Made by a program: the position numbers and the translations under genes
Notes under the pieces: generated by a model
Seen by the model: only the letters and a program-made list of their open reading frames with translations
Database searches by the model: none
What the model was told of the DNA's origin: nothing
In this document: positions 9,256-17,562 of the stretch, one piece after another
Layout of the letters: every line of letters begins with the position of its first letter
How positions within the stretch are numbered: the stretch's first letter is position 1
Virus record (IMG/VR): IMGVR_UViG_3300033183_000212
Coordinates: 1 to 64,000 of that record
Length of the DNA: 64,000 bases
Strand: one strand, 5' to 3'
From: a virus

Positions 9256-9936
9256 ATGAGTATTTTTGACAAATATCCACTAGTAACACGAGTAAATATT
9301 CCTAAGGATTCGATCGAAACATTAGGTCAAAGCACGTTTAACTCAGATGATGAGTATACACCATTGATCGAAGGCATACGTAAGATAATGCCTCAAGTGA
9401 AAGAAGTATATAAGAGTGAAATCTTAGCTGGTTTCAAACGATTCAAACGTAAGGATGCAGTTGAGTACTTTAACTCTCTTCCCATGTCTCAACGGTCGGT
9501 CGAGCTCAGTAAACAAATGGGAGACTCAATCAATAACTTGTTCGAAGAGTTACTCATCGAGTCTGGCATTAACTTACTCGTTGATCAGGGTGATGGATTC
9601 GACTGGGTCTACCAAAACAATCGTAAGACATACATCGAGGATAAAAATGCAATGTCACAGGATCTATCCAATCGTATGTGGGTAGGCAACTCTGGCTCCG
9701 GTCGTAAAGTAAGTATGCACCTTTTAAAAAGATTTGAATTAAATGAAAACTATGAGTTGGTTGGAGCTCACATCTCTTTAGTCAACCTAGATGATACGAC
9801 TCAGTATTGGGTCAATACAGCAGGAGCTCGTAGCACTTTATCCTTTACAAAGAAGGACATTAGTGGTATAATTACTATCTACGGCTCATGGGAAGCAAAG
9901 ACGAAAAACATTTTTCCACGTTGGGAGGCAATCTAA
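9256..9936 (+). CDS. hypothetical protein (possible PD-(D/E)XK nuclease)
   Basis: GAGAGGAA SD. GDGFDWVYQNNRKTYIEDKNA fits D-x13-E-x-K. Confidence 0.5.
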   Translation: MSIFDKYPLVTRVNIPKDSIETLGQSTFNSDDEYTPLIEGIRKIMPQVKEVYKSEILAGFKRFKRKDAVEYFNSLPMSQRSVELSKQMGDSINNLFEELLIESGINLLVDQGDGFDWVYQNNRKTYIEDKNAMSQDLSNRMWVGNSGSGRKVSMHLLKRFELNENYELVGAHISLVNLDDTTQYWVNTAGARSTLSFTKKDISGIITIYGSWEAKTKNIFPRWEAI

Positions 9937-10298
9937 TGAAGGAATCAATTAAAGTTTTACAAGAGTGTGCTGAGTTGCAAGACAAAAAGTCTCGTGATTA
10001 TCAGAACCCTAACTCAAGAATCAAGCAGGCGGATTACTATCCACGTGGTGTATCGACTATCTTAGATACAGTTAACGCAAAAGTATTACGCATGTGGTCA
10101 GTGATCGAGGCAATGGAAAATGATCCGTACTATAAGCCTAACTTCGAGTCTATCGAAGACAGCGCTAAGGACATCATTAACTACTGCTCGTTCATTGTAG
10201 CGTACTGCCGTGGTAAGGTGCCAGGCCAAGATCCAAACAAAGACTTTCTCAATCGAGAGATCAAGCAACTAAAGAAGGAAAAAAGTGATGAAGTTTAA
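9936..10298 (+). CDS. DUF1599 (nucleotide-modification-associated domain 1) protein
   Basis: LQECAELQDKKSRDYQNPNSRIKQADYYPRGVSTILDTVNAKVLRMWS matches my recollection of DUF1599. GGGAGG SD and TAATG coupling. Confidence 0.6.
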   Translation: MKESIKVLQECAELQDKKSRDYQNPNSRIKQADYYPRGVSTILDTVNAKVLRMWSVIEAMENDPYYKPNFESIEDSAKDIINYCSFIVAYCRGKVPGQDPNKDFLNREIKQLKKEKSDEV

Positions 10299-11100
10299 GA
10301 TGGCCATTGTCGGTCACGGCTTTGTGGGTAAAGCCGTAGACTATGGGTTCAGTCACCCTAATGTAGAAAAGAATGTGATCGATCCGAACTACAATACCTC
10401 GATCAAAGATATTCCTATCGATGTCCAGCTCATCTTTATCTGTGTGCCTACACCGTTTGGTAACTTCGATATCTTTCGAGGAGTAATGAAAGAGCTTGAC
10501 CAAGGAGGATTCTTTGGTAACAGCGTAGTAGTGATTAAGTCGACAGTTCCGCCCAACGTCTTGTCTGAGTTTAAAGACACCGGCGTTGTCTATAATCCTG
10601 AGTTCTTGACTGAGAAGTTTGCCAGTGAAGACTTCATCAATCCTCCTATGCACGTGTTTGGTGGTAACCTGCACAACACTGAACTTCTAGAGCGGTATTA
10701 CAACGAGTACAGCCTGTGTAGTCCTGCTCCAGTCTTTAAGGTGTCGATTGAAGAGGCATCTATCATTAAGTACACGATCAATTCATTCCTTGCTACAAAA
10801 GTCATGTTCTTTAACCAGATCTTTCAGGTCTGTCAAGAGAACGGGTTTGACTTTAACAAGGTTGCGAACGCAGTTGGCGCTGAACCACGTATCGGTAAGA
10901 GCCACACAAAGGTGCCAGGCTTTGACGGAAAGCTTGGCTTCGGCGGTGCCTGTTTTCCAAAAGATACCAAGGCATTCATTGATTACAGCGATAAGTTGAG
11001 CGTGCTGCGTGCTGTTGTAGATGCGAACAATAAAGTTCGCGCTGGTTACGACCTTGATGATCGAGAAAAAGTTCAAGGTGTGGTGTACAAGATCGCATAA
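10285..11100 (+). CDS. UDP-glucose/GDP-mannose 6-dehydrogenase family protein, lacking the usual C-terminal UDP-binding domain
   Basis: MAIVGHGFVGKAV (NAD motif), KSTVPP, NPEFLTE and GGACFPKD (catalytic Cys box). Only 271 aa. Confidence 0.75.
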   Translation: MMKFKMAIVGHGFVGKAVDYGFSHPNVEKNVIDPNYNTSIKDIPIDVQLIFICVPTPFGNFDIFRGVMKELDQGGFFGNSVVVIKSTVPPNVLSEFKDTGVVYNPEFLTEKFASEDFINPPMHVFGGNLHNTELLERYYNEYSLCSPAPVFKVSIEEASIIKYTINSFLATKVMFFNQIFQVCQENGFDFNKVANAVGAEPRIGKSHTKVPGFDGKLGFGGACFPKDTKAFIDYSDKLSVLRAVVDANNKVRAGYDLDDREKVQGVVYKIA

Positions 11101-11112
11101 ACGATATATAAT
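11084..11112 (+). promoter_or_regulatory. promoter TGTACA-N17-TATAAT upstream of the dCMP hydroxymethylase gene
   Basis: The -10 ends 3 nt and 6 nt before the two tandem ATGs at 11116 and 11119. Confidence 0.5.
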
Positions 11113-11115
11113 ATT

Positions 11116-12030
11116 ATGATGAATGTAAAACATGTCCGCGACCATTTCGTCCAAGCGCTATCTGACCAACAGTTCACGATAGATCGCACTGGTGCTAAAA
11201 CCATCGAGCTCCTAGGTGCTTCGTTCATCGCTGATGAACCTGCAATCTTTGGTACTCCTAACTATGACTACATCCAGCGTGAGCTTCGATGGTACGCTGC
11301 TCAATCGACTAATGTCAACGATATTGAAGGTGATACTCCTCAAGCTTGGAAGATGACCGCTAATAAACACGGTGAGATCAACTCTAACTACGGCCACCTC
11401 ATCTACTCTAAGCGATACTATAAGCAGTTTCAGCACGTAGTTGATGAGCTAAAAGAGAATCCTGACTCACGCCGCGCGTCTATGATCTATACTCGTCCGT
11501 CTATCTGGCATGAGTATCATGAGAATGGCAAGAACGACTTTATCTGCACTAACTCTGTAACGTATTATATTCGTAATAATAAAGTTCATTGTGTTGTTCA
11601 GATGCGTTCAAATGACGTAGTGTTTGGTTATAAGAACGACTATGCTTGGCAGCAGCACGTACTCAGCGCCGTTGCTCGGCACGTTCATCGCGATCCTGGT
11701 ACTATTACTTGGCAGGTACAAAATCTTCATGTATATGAACGTCACTTCCATCTTGTGGAAGAGCAGGGTGAAGATCACCAAGATCTTTTTAGAGATGAGA
11801 TTGCATTTATCTTCACGCCTTCTACCGTTGATGTCAATGTTAGCATCGATGATATAACTCCACAGCAGTGGAACACGGCTCATCTCCATCACCTGCAAAA
11901 GTCAATGGTGCAAAACGTACAAGAACACTCTGAACATTACTACGACACTGAAAGAAACAAGCCATCACAAGGATTTGTTGGATTTAACGGAACATCATAT
12001 GACGACTTCAAATCTAACTTGGGACTCTAG
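11116..12030 (+). CDS. 42: deoxycytidylate 5-hydroxymethyltransferase, T4 gp42-like
   Basis: FTIDRTGAKTIELLGASFIADEPAIFG, YIQRELRWY, GEINSNYG, NPDSRRASMIYTRPS, DFICTN (catalytic Cys) and MRSNDVVFGYKNDYAWQQHV parallel T4 gp42 almost block for block. Confidence 0.9.
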   Translation: MMNVKHVRDHFVQALSDQQFTIDRTGAKTIELLGASFIADEPAIFGTPNYDYIQRELRWYAAQSTNVNDIEGDTPQAWKMTANKHGEINSNYGHLIYSKRYYKQFQHVVDELKENPDSRRASMIYTRPSIWHEYHENGKNDFICTNSVTYYIRNNKVHCVVQMRSNDVVFGYKNDYAWQQHVLSAVARHVHRDPGTITWQVQNLHVYERHFHLVEEQGEDHQDLFRDEIAFIFTPSTVDVNVSIDDITPQQWNTAHLHHLQKSMVQNVQEHSEHYYDTERNKPSQGFVGFNGTSYDDFKSNLGL

Positions 12031-12457
12031 ATTTCTCAAATTAGCAAAACAAGTAGCAGAGTGGTCGAAAGATCCTTCTACAAAGATTGGAGCAGTTGCA
12101 GTTGGACCAAAGGGTAACGTATTAGCGCAAGGTTATAATGGATTTCCTCGAGGAATCTTTGATTACGAAGAGCGTTACAATAAGAGAGAAACGAAGTATA
12201 AGCTTGTAGTTCACGCTGAAATGAACGTGATCTATAATGCTACATATAATGGTGTATCTCTTGATGGTGCTTCTTTGTATGTAGCTGGTTTACCTATATG
12301 TAATGAGTGTGCCAAGGGTATCATACAAGTTGGTATCAGGCGAGTTATAATAGAAGAGGTGGTTGTACCACCGAAGTGGGAAGAGTCATGGCACTGGTCG
12401 AAACTGATGTTCAACGAAGCGGGAGTGGATGTTATGATGTTATCTTTGTCGGATTAA
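11999..12457 (+). CDS. cd: dCMP deaminase
   Basis: VHAEMNVI and PCNECAKGIIQVGIRRV zinc motifs. First ATG at 11999. Confidence 0.85.
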   Translation: MTTSNLTWDSRFLKLAKQVAEWSKDPSTKIGAVAVGPKGNVLAQGYNGFPRGIFDYEERYNKRETKYKLVVHAEMNVIYNATYNGVSLDGASLYVAGLPICNECAKGIIQVGIRRVIIEEVVVPPKWEESWHWSKLMFNEAGVDVMMLSLSD

Positions 12458-12825
12458 ATCCAGCAAAGGTAAAGAACAGTACGTCAAAAGGATCTGCCTA
12501 CGTTCGCTTCACGCAGTGGATGGACTCAATTGGAATCCATTACTATTCATTTGTAAATCTTTCTGGTGACCCAAACTGGGACTTTAGGTTTACAACGATT
12601 GATAAACAGTTTATAATAGACATCCTCAGTAAGCATGATAAGATTGTTTGCTGGGGTGATCGCGTAACAAGTTACGTTAAGCGACTAGGATTCGAATGCT
12701 TTACACTGCCACATCCATCGGGTCTAAATAGAAAAATCAATAATCATAAATACATTACACACACTTTAAACGAATGTAAGGATTTCATCAATGAAGACAA
12801 TCATTGTACTTGGACGCGGCACTGA
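12388..12825 (+). CDS. uracil-DNA-glycosylase-fold (UDG superfamily) protein
   Basis: VIFVGLNP (motif A-like) and LPHPSGLN (motif B-like, compare Mug PNPSGLS). The start is uncertain and overlaps cd by 70 nt. Confidence 0.45.
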   Translation: MALVETDVQRSGSGCYDVIFVGLNPAKVKNSTSKGSAYVRFTQWMDSIGIHYYSFVNLSGDPNWDFRFTTIDKQFIIDILSKHDKIVCWGDRVTSYVKRLGFECFTLPHPSGLNRKINNHKYITHTLNECKDFINEDNHCTWTRH

Positions 12826-14035
12826 AGGCTGTGGCGTAACTCAATGCGCCATTCAGATGCAGAAAGTAACTGGTGCAACTATTCTATCAGCCAACGATAA
12901 GAAGTGGGGTAGAGCCAAAGGCCTAGACCTACAGCAGGTTGAAATGAACATGGGTAGCCAGTGGAAAGAGATGGCAGATCTCGTTAACGAGAACGATCTC
13001 TGTGTGGTCTACTCCATTCCATCTAAGTCCCATCCACAAGATTGTCAAGACAACTTTCTCAAGTTTCTTGACGCTGTAAAGATTCGTAAAGCCTTTATTA
13101 ATGTAGACCACAAGGCTGCATCGATTGCTCGTAACGCAAACTTAAAAGAGGTGTCTGAAAAGGTTGACGTCATTATGACTCACAGCCTGCAGAACGACTT
13201 CAGCTCGTTTATGAGTAAGAACAAAGTAAAGACTCCTTTAACAAAGATGGGTCTGGGCTTTGACTACGATGGCCACCGAGCAAAGTACTGGCGTCCTATT
13301 CAAGAGCAGCAGCACAACATGGTGCGATGGATTGGTCGCACTGCAATGTGGAAAGGTCCTGCCTTGATGATTGACTTTCATGAGCAGGCACTGATGGAAC
13401 ATGGATTCATCACAGTGATGGAAGGCCTAGAGGCTTCTATTCAATATCCCTTGGTCTTGTATCGAGATAACAAGAACGAGAATCCAGTTGATCGTCGTAA
13501 GGTTGTCAACTACTTCCGTCCAGAAAAACAACACGGTGAGACTCAAAAGTTTTTGGAAGAGTTTCACGGCCAAGAAAAGACGGGCCAAGGCGCCTACTTA
13601 TATCCCCAATACATAAATGATGAGGCCATGAAACGCATGGCTCTATCTGCGTTTGGTTCAGACCTGTATCACCTCAAGGCTGAAACATACGGCAACAACA
13701 TCGAGAACTGTCATGCCGAATGCATTGCATCTGGCACAGTCCCTTTGTTTCATAAACACTTCTGCGACAACGTGATTCACGCCAAGCAGGGTAAACCGAT
13801 TAGTCAATGCCAGTATTCAGGCACCATTGGTGTTGACTATACAAACTTTCAAGAGTGCCGAGAACTAATGGTAAAGTTAAGTAACGATCCGTCTATGAGA
13901 GATGATTGGCGTGAAATGGCTTTTGAATTTTGGAAGCAACACTCTGACGCTAAACCAGTTGTTGAAGATATTATTCAGAAGGCTGTGGATACCACTTCGA
14001 CCCAACCACAAGGACTAGAGGAATTTTTTGCATGA
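12791..14035 (+). CDS. agt: DNA alpha-glucosyltransferase, T4 Agt-like
   Basis: MKTIIVLGRGTEGCGVTQ, RWIGRTAMWKGPALMIDFHEQ and VMEGLEAS parallel my recollection of T4 Agt (MRICIFMARGLEGCGVTK, RWIGRTTTWKGFYQMFDFHEK, VMEGLERS). Similar length (414 aa). Confidence 0.75.
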   Translation: MKTIIVLGRGTEGCGVTQCAIQMQKVTGATILSANDKKWGRAKGLDLQQVEMNMGSQWKEMADLVNENDLCVVYSIPSKSHPQDCQDNFLKFLDAVKIRKAFINVDHKAASIARNANLKEVSEKVDVIMTHSLQNDFSSFMSKNKVKTPLTKMGLGFDYDGHRAKYWRPIQEQQHNMVRWIGRTAMWKGPALMIDFHEQALMEHGFITVMEGLEASIQYPLVLYRDNKNENPVDRRKVVNYFRPEKQHGETQKFLEEFHGQEKTGQGAYLYPQYINDEAMKRMALSAFGSDLYHLKAETYGNNIENCHAECIASGTVPLFHKHFCDNVIHAKQGKPISQCQYSGTIGVDYTNFQECRELMVKLSNDPSMRDDWREMAFEFWKQHSDAKPVVEDIIQKAVDTTSTQPQGLEEFFA

Positions 14036-14979
14036 AGATTTTAATCACCGGCGCTGCAGGAATGATTGGCTATCACTCTGCAATGCAGTTTAAAAAAGCA
14101 GGCCACAGCGTCATCGGCGTTGATAACTTCAATGACTATTATGAAGTTCAATTGAAGAAAGATCGAGCAAAGATCTTAAAAGATGAGTATGATGTTGAAG
14201 TACAGAACGTCGATATTCGAGATGTAGTGTGGGCAGACTCTACTCGAGATGTAGATGTAGTACTCCATCTGGCCGCGTACGCGAACCCACGCCACGCGCT
14301 CGCGGAGCCTCAGCCGTACATTGATACAAACATCACTGGCACTCAGCGCTTGGTGGAAGGTTGTGAAGCAACACAGACTCCTGTTGTATACGCTTCTAGC
14401 TCATGCGTAATGCATGGTCAACCTCTCCCTTGGAACGAGCATGATAAAGGTGCTCACCAGAACAATCCCTATGGCTGGTCGAAGTATGTTAATGAGTGTC
14501 AATTCTCTCACTCTAAAGTTCCAGCATCAGTTGGTCTAAGGTTCTTTACTGTGTATGGTCCTTATGGCCGGCCAGACATGGCGCTGTTTAAGTTCACTGA
14601 TGGTATCGTGAATCAAACACCGATTGATGTGTTTAACTATGGTAACATGAAGCGAGACTTCACGTTTGTTGATGATATCGTTCAAGGCGTAGAGATCGTA
14701 GTGAACTCTCTGCTTGACGGCAAGATTGAAAAGACGCATGACATCTTCAACATCGGCTATGGCCAACAGGTTCAGCTCATGGACTTCATTCACCGCATTG
14801 AAGCCTGTGTTGGTAAGAAGGCTATCATGAACATGTTGCCGCCTCATCCCGCCGATACACCCGAGACTTGGTCTGACACGACCAAGCTTCAGAAACTGGG
14901 TTACATGCCTACTACATCGATTCATGACGGTGTGGCTAAGTTTGTTGAGTGGTACTTGGACTACTATCTTACCGCATGA
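14032..14979 (+). CDS. NAD-dependent epimerase, UDP-glucuronate 4-epimerase-like
   Basis: ITGAAGMIGYH, YGWSKY (YxxxK) and the hallmark LRFFTVYGPYGRPDMALFKFT. Confidence 0.8.
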   Translation: MKILITGAAGMIGYHSAMQFKKAGHSVIGVDNFNDYYEVQLKKDRAKILKDEYDVEVQNVDIRDVVWADSTRDVDVVLHLAAYANPRHALAEPQPYIDTNITGTQRLVEGCEATQTPVVYASSSCVMHGQPLPWNEHDKGAHQNNPYGWSKYVNECQFSHSKVPASVGLRFFTVYGPYGRPDMALFKFTDGIVNQTPIDVFNYGNMKRDFTFVDDIVQGVEIVVNSLLDGKIEKTHDIFNIGYGQQVQLMDFIHRIEACVGKKAIMNMLPPHPADTPETWSDTTKLQKLGYMPTTSIHDGVAKFVEWYLDYYLTA

Positions 14980-16166
14980 ATTACGCAAGCATCATCCCTC
15001 TGATTGGTGGAGAAACAATTGCGATGCAGCAGGTATTCGGGAAACGACCTGAGTACCTGCTCAGCTATGAAGCGTTCTCTGCTAATGATCGCCATCTCGT
15101 AGAATACTATAACAAAGAGGTGCCCTACTATGTCCTTGATAACAGATCTGATAATCGGTTTCCTAGTGTTGACGTGGTCAATACTGTTTGCCCCTGCGCT
15201 GGCCTTAGCAGTCTATCTCCTACTTCTAATAGCGATAGTCTTACTAACGACTGGATGGTTAACACTGCAGGCTATGTCCTGGAGTCTCTATCCCCTCGTG
15301 TTTTTTGGGGTGAGAACGCCCCACGACTCGCTTCGAAGATGGGCGCGCCAGTTGTAAACAGACTGAAGGATATCGCGAGTAAGAACGGATACACCTTCTC
15401 GATCTTTAAGACTAAATCTATACTTCACGGATTGAGCCAGGTTCGTGATCGTACATTTTATTTCTTTTGGAAAGGTAATACCGTACCTGTTTTCAAATAT
15501 ATAAAAAGAGAGCACGAAAAGATTGAGGAAACGATTCGTTCCGTGAAACGCGATCCAAGTGATCCAATGAGTGTCCTCGCTAACAAGCGTGTTCCATCAG
15601 AGAATCCGTACTATAAGTACGTACTAGAAGAGATCGAGGGTGGCATTACTCATCCAGAGTTTGTGCAACTTATCGATAAGACAACGAATCCAATGCACTA
15701 TATTGAGGAAAAGAAAGTCTCTTACCTCGAGGTTGCAAAGTGGATGAAGACCCACGGCTTTGAGAAAGAATCTCTTCGCTGTGAAGTTGTCCACCGCAAG
15801 TTGTCAGAAGGTGGTAATGTAATGCGTAAGCTGGTAGAGATTCCTAAAGGACACATCGGCGCGTTTGTTGGTCACTTTCCTACTCAGCTCACTCATCCCG
15901 ATGAAGATCGTTTTCTTACGATTAGAGAATGTCTGTCTATCATGAAGTTACCTACAGACTTTAACCTACAAGGTGGAGTCCGTAACATCAATCACATCTG
16001 TCAAAACGTACCAGTGTCGACTGCAAAAGACATGGCATGGAACGTACAGGAACACCTACTTGGAAATCTAGAAACAATAGAGACACCGTTCCTCATACAG
16101 GACAATAAGACACAAACCTACGAATACGACAAGCAGAGTTTACAACTTGATGATTTTATGGTATAA
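14976..16166 (+). CDS. DNA (cytosine-5)-methyltransferase
   Basis: IPLIGGE (motif I variant), CPCAGLS (PC motif IV), WGENAPRL (ENV motif VI) and TIRECLSIMKLPTDF. ATGA overlap with the upstream gene. Confidence 0.85.
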   Translation: MNYASIIPLIGGETIAMQQVFGKRPEYLLSYEAFSANDRHLVEYYNKEVPYYVLDNRSDNRFPSVDVVNTVCPCAGLSSLSPTSNSDSLTNDWMVNTAGYVLESLSPRVFWGENAPRLASKMGAPVVNRLKDIASKNGYTFSIFKTKSILHGLSQVRDRTFYFFWKGNTVPVFKYIKREHEKIEETIRSVKRDPSDPMSVLANKRVPSENPYYKYVLEEIEGGITHPEFVQLIDKTTNPMHYIEEKKVSYLEVAKWMKTHGFEKESLRCEVVHRKLSEGGNVMRKLVEIPKGHIGAFVGHFPTQLTHPDEDRFLTIRECLSIMKLPTDFNLQGGVRNINHICQNVPVSTAKDMAWNVQEHLLGNLETIETPFLIQDNKTQTYEYDKQSLQLDDFMV

Positions 16167-16167
16167 T
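16139..16167 (+). promoter_or_regulatory. promoter TTTACA-N17-TATAAT
   Basis: tttacaacttgatgattttatggtataat shares tgattttatggtataatag with the gp43 promoter. Confidence 0.6.
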
Positions 16168-16189
16168 AGCACTTCAGTTGGAGAGCATT

Positions 16190-16516
16190 ATGGCTAACTA
16201 CGCTAATCGCACTTGTTATGAATGTGGTGTTAAGTTACCCCAGCCAGAGATGGTGAGAAAAGAGATCTCATACAACTCTGGTTCGTCTAACACCGGACTC
16301 GCTAATCGAACTATATTTGGCGCTTTTCTTGGAGATAAGCGAGCCGAAAGCACTGTTGGCAAGTGGCTGTTCAGTCCTAACAAGCGAGTGTATAAGCGTA
16401 AGAGAACAGTGTGGATGTGTAAGAGCTGTGCTGGTGAAGGCGGAGTGTTATCTTCAATTGGTGCACTGATCTTCTGGATTTTTGTGATTGCTTTTGTCGT
16501 GGGGTTGTTTAAATAG
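16190..16516 (+). CDS. zinc-ribbon protein with a C-terminal transmembrane anchor
   Basis: CYECG...CKSC pairs and LSSIGALIFWIFVIAFVVGLF. GGAGAG SD. Confidence 0.55.
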   Translation: MANYANRTCYECGVKLPQPEMVRKEISYNSGSSNTGLANRTIFGAFLGDKRAESTVGKWLFSPNKRVYKRKRTVWMCKSCAGEGGVLSSIGALIFWIFVIAFVVGLFK

Positions 16517-16524
16517 GAAATAAC

Positions 16525-17562
16525 ATGGGTATAATGGATAAACTGAAGAAGAACTCTAAGGTAGCTCATACCGAGGTTCTGTCTGAATCTAAGTTCTTCA
16601 CCGAAAAAGATATGGTACCGACTGATGTACCTATGATTAACGTGGCGTTGTCTGGCCGCGTTGATGGTGGATTGGCACCAGGCCTGACCGTGTTGGCTGG
16701 TCCTTCTAAACACTTTAAGACATCCTTTGCACTGATCATGGCCAGTGCATATCTCAAGAAGTATCCTGAGTCTGTATTGCTGTTCTATGATTCGGAGTTT
16801 GGCTCGCCTCAAGATTACTTCAAGCAGTTTGGTATCGATACTTCTCGTGTACTGCACACTCCTATCACAAACGTTGAAGAACTCAAGTTTGATCTAATCG
16901 CTCAGCTTGAAGGTCTTGAGCGCGGTGATAAGGTTGTCGTGGTGATTGACTCTGTTGGTAACCTTGCTTCGAAGAAAGAACTTGAAGACGCAATCAATGA
17001 GAAGTCTGTGGCTGATATGAGTCGTGCTAAGGCTCTGAAAGGTTTGTTCCGCATGTGTACGCCTTACCTGAACATGAAGGACATTCCAATGATTGCAGTG
17101 AACCACACTTACAAAGAGATCGGCCTGTTTCCAAAGGACATTGTCTCTGGTGGCACTGGTATCTACTACTCAGCAGATAACATCTGGATCCTTGGCCGTC
17201 AGCAAGACAAGGTTGGCACTGAGATCCAAGGGTATCACTTCATCATTAACGTTGAGAAGTCTCGCTATGTAAAAGAAAAATCCAAGGTGCCGATCTCTGT
17301 ATCTTGGGAAGGCGGTGTACAGAAGTGGTCTGGCCTATTGGACATCGCTTTAGACACTGGTTATGTTGCTAAGCCTAGCAACGGTTGGTATCAGCGAGTT
17401 GATCGAGCAACTGGTGAACTCGTTGACGGTAAGGTACGTGAAAAAGATACGTTGACCAAAGAGTTCTGGCAACCAATCTTTGATAACTCTGACTTCAAGC
17501 AGGCTCTTGAAAACAAGTTTACGATTGTTAGAGAGGCTATTGTAGATGTCGAATCTGATTGA
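16525..17562 (+). CDS. uvsX: recombinase UvsX (RecA family)
   Basis: SKFFTEKDMVPTDVPMINVALSG and GPSKHFKTSF (Walker A) parallel T4 UvsX. Confidence 0.9.
   Translation: MGIMDKLKKNSKVAHTEVLSESKFFTEKDMVPTDVPMINVALSGRVDGGLAPGLTVLAGPSKHFKTSFALIMASAYLKKYPESVLLFYDSEFGSPQDYFKQFGIDTSRVLHTPITNVEELKFDLIAQLEGLERGDKVVVVIDSVGNLASKKELEDAINEKSVADMSRAKALKGLFRMCTPYLNMKDIPMIAVNHTYKEIGLFPKDIVSGGTGIYYSADNIWILGRQQDKVGTEIQGYHFIINVEKSRYVKEKSKVPISVSWEGGVQKWSGLLDIALDTGYVAKPSNGWYQRVDRATGELVDGKVREKDTLTKEFWQPIFDNSDFKQALENKFTIVREAIVDVESD

Noticed and set aside
10261-10674. 137-aa minus-strand ORF
   Set aside because: Antisense to the Ugd-like gene (NAD motif and catalytic Cys box on the + strand).
14536-14988. 150-aa minus-strand ORF
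   Set aside because: Antisense to the UDP-glucuronate 4-epimerase-like gene.
16525-16545. TGGGTATAAT at the 5' end of uvsX as a promoter
   Set aside because: It lies inside the uvsX start region and has no matching -35 at 17 nt. Probably a chance match.
16216-16857. 213-aa minus-strand ORF
   Set aside because: It overlaps the zinc-ribbon gene and the 5' part of uvsX on the opposite strand. It has no motif and no SD. UvsX is unambiguous.
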